From Candidatus Freyarchaeum deiterrae (GTDB taxonomy: Archaea; Asgardarchaeota; Jordiarchaeia; Jordiarchaeales; Jordiarchaeaceae): a stretch of DNA of 64,000 nt. Below the pieces are notes generated by a model. That model ran no database searches. It was not told the origin of the DNA and was given only the letters and a program-made list of their open reading frames with translations. This document shows, one piece after another, positions 10,728 through 20,112 of this stretch; positions within the stretch are counted from its first letter, which is position 1, and each line of letters opens with the position of its first letter. The stretch is from the NCBI GenBank assembly GCA_037305845.1, contig CP147778.1, positions 192,001 to 256,000 of the forward strand, written 5' to 3'. The position numbers and the translations under genes were made by a program.

Positions 10728-12629
10728 TTAGATGCCTAGTTTTTTCCTCTTCTCTTCTATATGGGCTAAGATAGCATCCGCTGCTTTTACTGGGTCTTTT
10801 TCGAGTTCAAGTTGGGCACCAGTCACTTGTTTTATATCCTGGGTTAAGAGTTTAACCAAGCTTGGTGCTCCGGTAACGGTTGGTACTGGATTGACGTAGG
10901 TGAATAGTCCCAGAGCTAGGGCGAATATGGCATCGATGGTGGCCTTCTGTTCCATGTATTCGGGTGCAACGGCTGCAACAGGAAGATCCGGCAGTGGTAC
11001 GCCTCCCAAAGCATTTGAAACTGCCGCAAGTAGGTCGGCGAGGCGTCCTGTGTCTGTACAGGTTCCATAGCTGAGAACTGGAGGTACGTTCAGTTTTTCA
11101 CAGATACTTTTCAGACCCGGGCCCGCAAATTTTTTGGCGTCAGGACTGCAGAGTCCCGCGACTTGCATGGCTCCGTTGCCGCATCCCATTGAAAGCACAA
11201 GAATGTCTCGCTTGACCAGTTCCTTGGCTACATTTACACAGTGAACATCCTGACCATGATCCCTTAGCGTGGTGCATGAGACCAGACCGGCTACTCCGCG
11301 CAGGGTTCCATCTTTTATGGCGTCCAGTAGGGGGTCGAGGGTTCCTCCGAGGGCTTCAAGAATGCTTTCGGTGGAGAAGCCTACTAGTGCTTCTCTCATG
11401 GGTAGTTGGGTAACTGGCTCTATGGAGGCTCTGCGTTCCTTAAAGTTGTCGATTGCCATCTGTAGGAGTTGGGCGGCTTGTTTCTCGGCTTTTTCGGGTT
11501 CGTAGTTTAACCTGTCGGTGATGCCTTCGAATGCAACTAGCTCGCTTACTGGTATGAGTTTAAACTTGTACTTTTGGGCGTAAATGGGGTCTATTGGCAT
11601 TGAGCAATTCATGTCTGCTGCGAAAAGGTCTACGCAGCCACTAGCCAGAACGGCTTCCTGCATAATCCAGTTCCCGGTGAAACCGTAAAATGCGTCGTCC
11701 ATTTTCCATCTCTGAATCATTTCTTGACCGGTCTCTATGTTTGCTATGACCCGTAGTCCTTTGGCACCCACTGCTTTTGCTCTCTTCTGCCACTCCGGCT
11801 TTCTAGCCAGTTGAACCATGGCGAACCCTAGGAAAGGTTCATGGCCGTTCGGGAGTACATTAACATAGTCGGGGTTTAATACGCCGAGGTCTACGCGCAT
11901 TGTGTGAGGTCTTGGAATTCCAAAAAGGATGTCTTGGCAGTACTCGTTGACAATCTGGCTCTGATAAGCCATTGCTATACCGAGACGCATGGCTTTGAAA
12001 GCCAAACTCTGATAGTAGCCGTCAACATTGGTGAGGCATGAACTTGTGGATAGCAGCATCTCGCCGTAAACTCCACCGGGAAAGATGTCCAGCTTCTTCC
12101 AAGTTTCTTTACGCTCCTGGGGGGCAAGTGCTTCAACGATTTGGCTTGGCTCATAGTACTTTCTGTTAAAATCTTCTTCCACAAAATCACACAGACGAAC
12201 GGCTATTTCCTTGTCTGTTCCCGAGGTATCTACTCCAAGTCTTTCAGAAAAAGTTCTCAATTTTTCAGACTCTTTAATCTCAAAAGGAGTCTTGCCACTT
12301 ACAGTCGCTCTGAGAGTCTTAACCGTCTGATCGGTGTGGTAATGGTAGGTCGATGCGCCCATCACGTTTCTGAGAAGCATCATGCGCATAGCCATGCCGT
12401 TTGCGGTTATGCCGCAGACTCCCCTCTTGTCTTTTGTTATATCCGCGCGGCAGGGACCGTTTGAACACAGGTCGCATCGTGCTCCTGCCTGGCAGAAAGG
12501 GCATCTTCTATCGGGATCCGGCATCCCTTGGGCTTGGTATCGATCCCATATATTTGGCATGTTGTCTTTTTTGATTCTTTGGTATACTTTTTTTACAGAA
12601 TCATGGTAAGAGATTCTATTTTCCTCCAA
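10728..12629 (-). CDS. cooS: CooS-family (anaerobic CO dehydrogenase / prismane superfamily) protein, atypical active-site variant
   Basis: RCPFC..RCDLCSNGPC..GVCG N-terminal cluster ligands; NGHEP, DMNC, VSCT, MGCG, YGTCTD and MEQKA motifs. Confidence 0.88.
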   Translation of the reverse strand: MEENRISYHDSVKKVYQRIKKDNMPNIWDRYQAQGMPDPDRRCPFCQAGARCDLCSNGPCRADITKDKRGVCGITANGMAMRMMLLRNVMGASTYHYHTDQTVKTLRATVSGKTPFEIKESEKLRTFSERLGVDTSGTDKEIAVRLCDFVEEDFNRKYYEPSQIVEALAPQERKETWKKLDIFPGGVYGEMLLSTSSCLTNVDGYYQSLAFKAMRLGIAMAYQSQIVNEYCQDILFGIPRPHTMRVDLGVLNPDYVNVLPNGHEPFLGFAMVQLARKPEWQKRAKAVGAKGLRVIANIETGQEMIQRWKMDDAFYGFTGNWIMQEAVLASGCVDLFAADMNCSMPIDPIYAQKYKFKLIPVSELVAFEGITDRLNYEPEKAEKQAAQLLQMAIDNFKERRASIEPVTQLPMREALVGFSTESILEALGGTLDPLLDAIKDGTLRGVAGLVSCTTLRDHGQDVHCVNVAKELVKRDILVLSMGCGNGAMQVAGLCSPDAKKFAGPGLKSICEKLNVPPVLSYGTCTDTGRLADLLAAVSNALGGVPLPDLPVAAVAPEYMEQKATIDAIFALALGLFTYVNPVPTVTGAPSLVKLLTQDIKQVTGAQLELEKDPVKAADAILAHIEEKRKKLGI

Positions 12630-12805
12630 TAATATATACCCTCCATCGAATTTTTCCTGAATTATTATGCTCGTATGAATTAATGAGCACTAATCAAGAA
12701 TATCTATTGAAGTTGTTTATTCCGATTTATTATATTTTAAAATTTTTTTATTCTGTTTCATGGTGTTAGGTTCTAAAAAAATAAATAAGATTTTGTGTGT
12801 GTGGC

Positions 12806-13651
12806 TTACTTCGGCTTCTTTATGTTTCCTTTGATGTCTATGACTATTTTGCTTGTTGGAATGTTTTTTCCTGAGCGTTTAAGCGCTTCCTGTATAAGTT
12901 GGTATAGTCCTTGGCAGCAGGGGACTTCCATTGTGACTACCGTTATGCTTTTCAAACTTGACTGTTTAAATATTTGAGTTAGCTTTTCCTCATAGAATTG
13001 AGTATCGTCAAATTTTGGGCAACCGATGACAATCTTTTTGCCCCTCAAAAAGTCTTGGTGAAAGCCAGCGTAAGCATAGGGTACACAGTCTGCAACCACT
13101 AATAAATCAGCGTTAGCGAAGAATGGAGCGTTTGGGGAAACTAATCTTAATTGAACGGGCCACTGACTCAATTCTGATTCCATGTGTCCTGTCTCTGAAA
13201 CTAGTGAAGGATTCTTAGTGTTGCCAGAATCTACTTTTCTTAAATTACTAGAAGAGCCTGAAATCACTTGAGAGATTTCACTCAAACGTTTATCAAAGTT
13301 AATTTCTATTCCTCTTTCATTAAGATACTTTAATGCTTCATCTAGATAATCTTCCTGACCGTGGTCTTTCAAGTGTTGTAGATGGGCTTTTGTTACATCT
13401 GGTCCTTGTTTAACTATGCCTTCAATTGCCTTTCTTTCATTGTAGGGCTCTGCTTCCCTTTCTATTACTTCCATTGCACCTTGCGGGCAGCCCCCGACAC
13501 ATGCGCCCAGTCCATCACATAGGTAATCCCCTATGACTCTAGCCTTTCCGTCGATAACCTGCAATGCGCCTTCGGGGCAGTCGGGAATACAGGCTCCACA
13601 ACCGGTGCATTTTTCCTCATCTATTGAAACGATTTTCCGCTTAGTCTTCAT
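12806..13651 (-). CDS. 4Fe-4S ferredoxin-domain protein of the type found in hcp/cooS clusters
   Basis: CTGCGACIPDCP and CDGLGACVGGCP; QWPVQLRLV, ADCV, GCPK, MEVPCC. Confidence 0.85.
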   Translation of the reverse strand: MKTKRKIVSIDEEKCTGCGACIPDCPEGALQVIDGKARVIGDYLCDGLGACVGGCPQGAMEVIEREAEPYNERKAIEGIVKQGPDVTKAHLQHLKDHGQEDYLDEALKYLNERGIEINFDKRLSEISQVISGSSSNLRKVDSGNTKNPSLVSETGHMESELSQWPVQLRLVSPNAPFFANADLLVVADCVPYAYAGFHQDFLRGKKIVIGCPKFDDTQFYEEKLTQIFKQSSLKSITVVTMEVPCCQGLYQLIQEALKRSGKNIPTSKIVIDIKGNIKKPK

Positions 13652-13656
13652 TTGGT

Positions 13657-13896
13657 TTATCGCTTCCTTTCTGCTATTATTTTCTTACACTCTTCAGCGA
13701 ATTCACAATAGTCTAAGCATGATTGTACCTTTCTTGAGACCTTTCCTCCACAGTTTGGACAGTCTGTCTCGTCTTCATCGGTCCATATTTCAACGCTGCT
13801 CCCACAGTTTGCGCATGGGATATACTCGGGTTTGGGTCGTATGAAGTTACTTATACCGGGGCAGGTTTCCCTATTTTTTTCATTATTTTTATCCAT
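13657..13896 (-). CDS. Small Cys-rich zinc-ribbon protein
   Basis: CPG...CANCG...CPNCG...CLDYCEFAEEC; first gene of the operon. Confidence 0.8.
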   Translation of the reverse strand: MDKNNEKNRETCPGISNFIRPKPEYIPCANCGSSVEIWTDEDETDCPNCGGKVSRKVQSCLDYCEFAEECKKIIAERKR

Positions 13897-13928
13897 TTTT
13901 CTTCACCCGCTTCATTTTTTCATGCTAA

Positions 13929-13944
13929 TATTACAATAGTAATA
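13929..13944. promoter_or_regulatory. Palindrome TATTAC-N4-GTAATA between divergent genes, possible operator
   Basis: Perfect 6-bp arms next to the TATA-like AATATATATA, between the cooS operon and its divergent regulator. Confidence 0.35.
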
Positions 13945-13974
13945 AAATATATATACTTTGTCGTCAATGTATGC

Positions 13975-14406
13975 ATGGAGAATCCTAAAATGTTAATACC
14001 CTGTGAAGTTGCAGTAAAATGCGTCTTACCCGTAGTACGAGCCATGGTGGCCAATGAACTCGTAACAAAATATGATCTAAAACAGGTGGAAGCAGCAAAA
14101 CTTCTCGGAATCAGCCAACCAGCTATAAGTCTATATGGCAGTAAAATACGTGGAAATGCAATTAACTTAGAGAATGAAACCGAAGTTAAAAAGGCGATAG
14201 AAAACTTGGCAGAGCTATTAGCTAAGAATGAACTTTCAAACAAAGATTTCGTACTAATGTTTTGTGAAATTTGTAGAACCATTAGAGCCAAAGGATTAAT
14301 GTGCAGATTACACAAGGCGTTCGAACCCAGTATTGAAATTGAAAAATGTGGACTCTGCTCGCTTATCTCAGATAATGGTTGCATCAAAATTACTTCTAAC
14401 ACATAG
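13975..14406 (+). CDS. Archaeal HTH transcriptional regulator (COG2522-like)
   Basis: PCEVAVKCVLPVVRA...KQVEAAKLLGISQPAISLY..KIRG; C-terminal Cys residues. Confidence 0.85.
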   Translation: MENPKMLIPCEVAVKCVLPVVRAMVANELVTKYDLKQVEAAKLLGISQPAISLYGSKIRGNAINLENETEVKKAIENLAELLAKNELSNKDFVLMFCEICRTIRAKGLMCRLHKAFEPSIEIEKCGLCSLISDNGCIKITSNT

Positions 14407-14487
14407 GAGCTAAAGTATAATTTACTAGCGACATCAAATCATGGAAGATTTTGATTAAAAAAAAGATAATAAAAAATAGGGTAAATA

Positions 14488-15582
14488 CTATTGTTCTATT
14501 TGAATAGTTTTTGATTCGAATAGTTTTTGGATAAATTCGCCGATTTTGGCTGTTGCTTGTTTTGCTTCGGGTAATACTTCTAGTCCGAAAGATTGCCACA
14601 CGTGTGGCATACCATCCCATGTTTCGAAGGTCACGTCCACCCCTGCCTCCTTAGCTCGGTCGGCGAAACGCTTAGCACCACCGTAGAGCATTTCACTGGT
14701 ACTCGCTTGAACTAGTAGAGGCGGTAGACCTTCCAAATCTGCAAAGAGTGGGGAAATCATGGGATCATTTGGGTCTGCTCCCGCTAAATATGCTGGTACC
14801 CACCAAAAAAGTCCGATATCCGCTAAGACTGGGTCAGTTTCGGCGTTTTTCCAAAACAATTCATCAGAGCCACTCCAATCTGTGTCTGGGGAAAGACTAA
14901 CTGCTCCAACTGGTAAGGGTATTCCATCATTTCGCAGCTTCAGAAGCGTCATGAGCGTCAGACTACCTCCTGCGGAGTCTCCGGCGATAACAATATTCTC
15001 GGGTTTGATGCCCTTTGATAGAAGCCATTTGTACGCAGCGATGCAATCTTCTAGCTGAGAGGGATACGCATGTTCGGGTGCGAGCCGATAATCTAAACTA
15101 AGTACGCGCATTTTTGTTAACTGCCCCAAAGCAACGGTGAATAAACGGTGACTATTTGGAGAGCCCAAGACCATACCCCCTCCATGGAAATATAGTAAAA
15201 CTCGGTTTTTCTTTGCGTCTGGGGCCGTCTGCCACTCTGCGGGAACGCCGCCTGCATCGATTTTTTCCACCTTTACATTTTTAGGAATTGGATAAGTTTT
15301 TTGGTCGACATTCGCAGCATAGTCAAAGCCATATCGGAATACCTTAGCTAGTAAAATCATTTCTTCTTTTGTAAAATAACTATAAATGTCGGCTTCCGTT
15401 CCCTTTGTCTTAAAGAAAATCTCATTCCCGCTTATCACTTTTGGATACAGAGCTCCGAAGGTCATCGCCTGGCTCCCTAGGGTTGGAAGATACCCCATGA
15501 CACCTTCAGTCTGATGCTTTACAAAATCGTCAATGAGTTTTAGTACGTCAGGGCGAATTTTGGATCTATTGCAAATTGGCAT
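14488..15582 (-). CDS. Alpha/beta hydrolase, HSL-family esterase (copy 1)
   Basis: HGGG, YRLAPEH, GDSAGG, MPHVW. Confidence 0.93.
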   Translation of the reverse strand: MPICNRSKIRPDVLKLIDDFVKHQTEGVMGYLPTLGSQAMTFGALYPKVISGNEIFFKTKGTEADIYSYFTKEEMILLAKVFRYGFDYAANVDQKTYPIPKNVKVEKIDAGGVPAEWQTAPDAKKNRVLLYFHGGGMVLGSPNSHRLFTVALGQLTKMRVLSLDYRLAPEHAYPSQLEDCIAAYKWLLSKGIKPENIVIAGDSAGGSLTLMTLLKLRNDGIPLPVGAVSLSPDTDWSGSDELFWKNAETDPVLADIGLFWWVPAYLAGADPNDPMISPLFADLEGLPPLLVQASTSEMLYGGAKRFADRAKEAGVDVTFETWDGMPHVWQSFGLEVLPEAKQATAKIGEFIQKLFESKTIQIEQ

Positions 15583-15776
15583 TTCTCATTAACTCCTCCT
15601 TCTCCGATTATTATTTTAAATAATTTTTTTGATTAAAAAATAAGTTGTATAATTTTTATGTTTCACGCATATAAGTTTTATGTTTAAAAGCCGCTTTTCA
15701 TTCTAAATTGTAATAATTTTTTAAATTGGAGTTTTAAAGATGAAAATAAAAAAAAGACTATTATGAATGTGTGATT

Positions 15777-16853
15777 CTATTTGAGTAGGTTTTTTATGAA
15801 TTCGACTATTTTGTCTATTGCTTCTTTTGATTCGGGCAAATCGTGTAGTCCGAATTGTTGGAATACATGCACCATGTTGTCCCAAGTTTGTAAAGTTGCT
15901 TTCACACCAGCTGCTTTAGCTCGGTCGACAAGGCGCTTTGAATCACTGAAGAGCATTTCACAGGTACTCGCTTGAAATAGTAAGGGCGGTAGACCTTTCA
16001 AATCTGCTAAAAGCGGAGAAACCGAGGGATCGCTGGGGTCTGCTCCGTCTAAATATGACGTGATCCACCAAAAAACCCCTTTATCTGCTAGAATTGGGTC
16101 CGTCTCAGCGTTTTCAAAAAACGATTCGTCTGAACCTGTATAATCAGTTAGTGGAGAAAGACAGACCGCTCCAGTGGGTAGAGGTGTCCCATCATTTCGT
16201 AATTTCAAAAGTGTTAATAGCGTCAGAGTGCCCCCTGCCGAGTCTCCTGCGATAACAATATTTTTGGGTTTGATACCCGTTGATAGAAGCCATTTGTATG
16301 CTGCCATGCAGTCCTCTTTTGCTGCAGGATACGGGTGTTCGGGTGCGAGCCGGTAATTCACACTCAATACGCGCATCTTTGTTAATTGTCCTAAGGTGGT
16401 AGTGAACACTCGGTGACTATTCGGAGAGCCTAAGACCATGCCTCCTCCGTGAAAATAAAGTATAACTCGGTCTTTCATTGCACCGGGGGCTGTTTGCCAC
16501 TCTGCGGAAACACCTCCAGCATCAATTGGTTCCACTTTTATATTTTTGGGGATGGGGTACTTTTTTTGTTCGATATTAGCAGCATATTCAAAGCCACTTC
16601 GGTATGCCTTGGCTAGGAAAATCATTTCTTCTTTTGTAAAATAACCGTATAATTCGTCTATTGTTCCCTCTCTCTTTTTCTTGAAAAATTGCTCATTTTC
16701 ACTCATCATTTTTTGGAATAGGTCTGTGAAGTCGAACTCCGGATTCTCTTTTGTACTAAGAAACTCTATGATGCCGTTCGTTTGCTCAGTTAGGAGATCG
16801 TCCGTTAGTTTAACTACATCGGGGCGCATTTTTGATCTATTTACTATTTGCAT
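15777..16853 (-). CDS. Alpha/beta hydrolase, HSL-family esterase (copy 2)
   Basis: HGGG, GDSAGG, MVHVF; paralog of its neighbours. Confidence 0.93.
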   Translation of the reverse strand: MQIVNRSKMRPDVVKLTDDLLTEQTNGIIEFLSTKENPEFDFTDLFQKMMSENEQFFKKKREGTIDELYGYFTKEEMIFLAKAYRSGFEYAANIEQKKYPIPKNIKVEPIDAGGVSAEWQTAPGAMKDRVILYFHGGGMVLGSPNSHRVFTTTLGQLTKMRVLSVNYRLAPEHPYPAAKEDCMAAYKWLLSTGIKPKNIVIAGDSAGGTLTLLTLLKLRNDGTPLPTGAVCLSPLTDYTGSDESFFENAETDPILADKGVFWWITSYLDGADPSDPSVSPLLADLKGLPPLLFQASTCEMLFSDSKRLVDRAKAAGVKATLQTWDNMVHVFQQFGLHDLPESKEAIDKIVEFIKNLLK

Positions 16854-17049
16854 TTTTTATTATCTCCCTCAGTATGTTTTTCGTAATTTTGATTTTAAAT
16901 TGCTATTGTTTCATAAAAATTTTTCCTTTATTATTAGTATTTTTTGATTTAGAATATAGATGTTAGAGAAATAGGATAAAATGTTAAAAATTTTTATTTT
17001 GCACTTTTTAAAATTAAAATGAAAAAAAAGTTTCTAGAAGGTTATGGTT

Positions 17050-18126
17050 CTATTTGAATAGTTTTTTAATAAATTCGCCGATTTTGTCTATTGCTTCTTT
17101 TGCTTCTGGTAAAATTCCTAATCCGAAAGCTTGCCATACATGCGGCATATTATCCCATGTTTCTAAAGTCGTATCCACATCAGCCGCTTTAGCTCGGTCG
17201 ACCAAACGCTTGGAATCGCTGAAGAGCATTTCGCTGGTACTCGCTTGGAGTAGCAAAGGCGGTAAACCGCTTAAATCTGCAGATAGAGGGGAAACCAGGG
17301 GATCATTGGGGTCTGCTCCGGCTAGATATGCTGGTATCCACCAAAAAATCCCAACATCTGCTAGAACTGGATCGGTTTCAGCGTTTTCATAAAACGATTT
17401 GCCAGAAGTCGTAAAATCAGTTAATGGTGAAAGACAGACTGCTCCGGCTGGTAAAGGTACTCCGTCGTTTCGTAGTTTCACAAGCGTTAATAGAGTCAAA
17501 GTGCCCCCTGCGGAGTCTCCGGCGATAACGATATTTTCGGGTTTAATACCTGTTGACAGAAGCCATTTGTATGCAGCCGTGCAATCCTCCGGCTCGGCTG
17601 GATAGGGATGTTCGGGCGCAAGGCGGTAATCCACACTCAGCACGCGCATCTTTGTTAACTGCCCTAAAGTAATGGTGAACAATCGGTGAGTATTCGGAGA
17701 GCCCATGATCATGCCCCCTCCGTGAAAATATAGTAAGACCCGATTTTTCTTTGCGCCAGGGGTGGTCTGCCACTCTGCGGGAACGCCCCCTACGTAAATT
17801 GGTTCCACCTTAACATTTTTGGGGGTGGGGTGCTTTTTTTGGTCGGCACTCGCAGCATAATCAAAGCCGAATCGGAATAACTTGCCTAAGATAAGCATTT
17901 CTTCTTCTGTAAAATAATCCTGAAGGTCGTCTTTCTTTCCCTCTCTCTTGTTCTTGAAAAATTGCTCATTTCCCTTTGCCAGTTTCTGGAATAGTGCTCC
18001 AAAGTTGACCCCTTGATTCTCTTTGGCTTTAAGAAACTCTAAGATACCATTCGATTGCTCCTTTAGAAGAGCATCCATGAGTTTAAGCACATCTGGGCGA
18101 ATTTTGGATCTATTTAAAATTGGCAT
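17050..18126 (-). CDS. Alpha/beta hydrolase, HSL-family esterase (copy 3)
   Basis: HGGG, GDSAGG, MPHVW; paralog of its neighbours. Confidence 0.93.
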   Translation of the reverse strand: MPILNRSKIRPDVLKLMDALLKEQSNGILEFLKAKENQGVNFGALFQKLAKGNEQFFKNKREGKKDDLQDYFTEEEMLILGKLFRFGFDYAASADQKKHPTPKNVKVEPIYVGGVPAEWQTTPGAKKNRVLLYFHGGGMIMGSPNTHRLFTITLGQLTKMRVLSVDYRLAPEHPYPAEPEDCTAAYKWLLSTGIKPENIVIAGDSAGGTLTLLTLVKLRNDGVPLPAGAVCLSPLTDFTTSGKSFYENAETDPVLADVGIFWWIPAYLAGADPNDPLVSPLSADLSGLPPLLLQASTSEMLFSDSKRLVDRAKAADVDTTLETWDNMPHVWQAFGLGILPEAKEAIDKIGEFIKKLFK

Positions 18127-18482
18127 TTTTTATTCTTACTCCTTAGTTTGCTTTTCATAATTTTAATAGTAAATTACGAATTTTTCATAAAAATTTTTCT
18201 TTACAGTACTTTTTTAATCTAGATTTAAAATGTTGGAACGAATGAATTATTATAATCTGTTTTATCTTTGGTCCTTTTTGCTTTTTCATCTTTTTAGTGC
18301 TCTTTCCTCCAGTATCTTGGAGTGTTTTTCTCCCCGACATTTTCATCGAAGTTAGTTTGGTTCAATATTTTTTAGGGTATAAGGCTTGCTCTGAGGCTTT
18401 GAAATCTGGTAAAATTTTTTACAGAGAATAATACTCACTATGCTTTAAGAGAGTGTAGAACTCTAAATGGGGTGGTGAATTT

Positions 18483-19958
18483 ATGCTTGCAGAAGATTGG
18501 ACCAAAAAGTATTTCCAAGCGCTAAATGAGGTCAGGGAGTCCATTGGGCTCTGCCGCATTTTTATCACAGGCTTGAACACTAATATAGATGGACTAAGAC
18601 ATGTCAGGGGCGGGGAGGTAGAACGCATCATAGCGGAGAGAAAACTGGAAAAAGAAATTCAACACAAATTACAGCAACCCCCGAGGGAAATCAGAACATT
18701 TGCGGATGTGCTAGCAGGAATTCTGTTCTGCGCCAAAACTGGTGAGGGAGAAGAATGGTTCATTAAGGATTCCAAAATCGCTGAGATGAACCAGTCTATT
18801 TTTGGTTACGATAGACTGCGCATGGGAGGACAGTGCGGAAATATGACCAATGTGTTAGCTCTTCTGGGCTCCCGAGTTATACCCAATGTGGCGGCTTTAC
18901 CCCCGATGCAGGCAGAGCAATTCACCACGAAGGGGGGAGAAATCATGATACCGCGAATTGAGGGAAAAAGGATCGTTTTCAAAAAACCCTTGGAAGCGGC
19001 GAGAGACAGAGACAAAATCTTCATACACTGGATATTTGAATTCGACAACCAATTCGCAGTCAAAATAAATGAGGAAACCATAAAGGCACCGGTTGAAAAC
19101 CGATTCATCGCTACCTTCGACGACGAGAACATTAAACTAAAAATTGATCCAGCCTTCCAAGAAGGAACCCTCAAAGTAATATCCAAAGTAGGAACCGCTA
19201 TACTCTCAGGATACCATTATCTAAAGAGCAACTACCCCGACGGCTCAAAACCTGAAGACCATATAAAGAACTCCATAGACCTAATTAAATCCTGGAGAGA
19301 AAAGAACCCCGAACTTCGAATACACACCGAGATAGGATTTATCGCGAATAACAAAATAAGAAAATCTATTCTAAACCTTGTCTCCCCAAACATGAATTCC
19401 ATTGGATTAAACGAGGGGGAATTAGCTGACAATCTTTACACACTAGGGCAGAGAAACAATCTCGAAGAAATAAGAGCCCTTAGCGCAACGGAAACCTACA
19501 AAGGAGCAAAGAAAATAATGGAGAAATTCCAGTTGACCCGCATAATAATACACAACCGAGAATACTCCCTCTGCCTAATAAGCTCTAACCACGGAATCAA
19601 ACCCCAAAGTGAACTGCATTCCATACTATTCGGCGCACTGCTCGCATCCGCTCTAGCCTATACCGGAAACTTTCCCACAATCCAAGACGCGGAAAAAGCT
19701 CTAAGAAGCGGGGGACTAAAAATAAGTGAAAAAGCTTTAATAGAGCACCAGAAACTCGCCACTTTTCTTGAAAACGATGAAGGCTGTCTTAAAGAAAAAT
19801 TCCTAAAAGAAGGGTTTACGGAAACAGAACCTTTTATAATCTTCGCTCCGTCAAACCTGACGGAACCAAAGGCGACAGTGGGCTTGGGGGACACCATATG
19901 CTCAGCCAGTCTAGCAGCAGAAGAAGCATTAAAGCGCAGAGAGCAAAAATCAAACTAA
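18483..19958 (+). CDS. ADP-dependent glucokinase/phosphofructokinase
   Basis: NTNIDG, RMGGQ, IHWIFEF, NRFIAT, SIGLNEGEL, PKATVGLGDTI. Confidence 0.9.
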   Translation: MLAEDWTKKYFQALNEVRESIGLCRIFITGLNTNIDGLRHVRGGEVERIIAERKLEKEIQHKLQQPPREIRTFADVLAGILFCAKTGEGEEWFIKDSKIAEMNQSIFGYDRLRMGGQCGNMTNVLALLGSRVIPNVAALPPMQAEQFTTKGGEIMIPRIEGKRIVFKKPLEAARDRDKIFIHWIFEFDNQFAVKINEETIKAPVENRFIATFDDENIKLKIDPAFQEGTLKVISKVGTAILSGYHYLKSNYPDGSKPEDHIKNSIDLIKSWREKNPELRIHTEIGFIANNKIRKSILNLVSPNMNSIGLNEGELADNLYTLGQRNNLEEIRALSATETYKGAKKIMEKFQLTRIIIHNREYSLCLISSNHGIKPQSELHSILFGALLASALAYTGNFPTIQDAEKALRSGGLKISEKALIEHQKLATFLENDEGCLKEKFLKEGFTETEPFIIFAPSNLTEPKATVGLGDTICSASLAAEEALKRREQKSN

Positions 19959-20112
19959 AGAGAAGTTATACTACTTACTTAAGACTGCTTCTCGGTGAAA
20001 ACATAAGACTTAAGTAACTAGTCCTTAGGAATAAAAACAGACAAAAACATGTCAAAAATACCAATTTTCTGTAATCCTAGCTTTCATTCGGTCTGGTAAA
20101 GGAAGGGAGTAA

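Noticed and set aside
13920-14402. 160-aa minus-strand ORF
   Set aside because: Antisense shadow of the HTH regulator 13975-14406.
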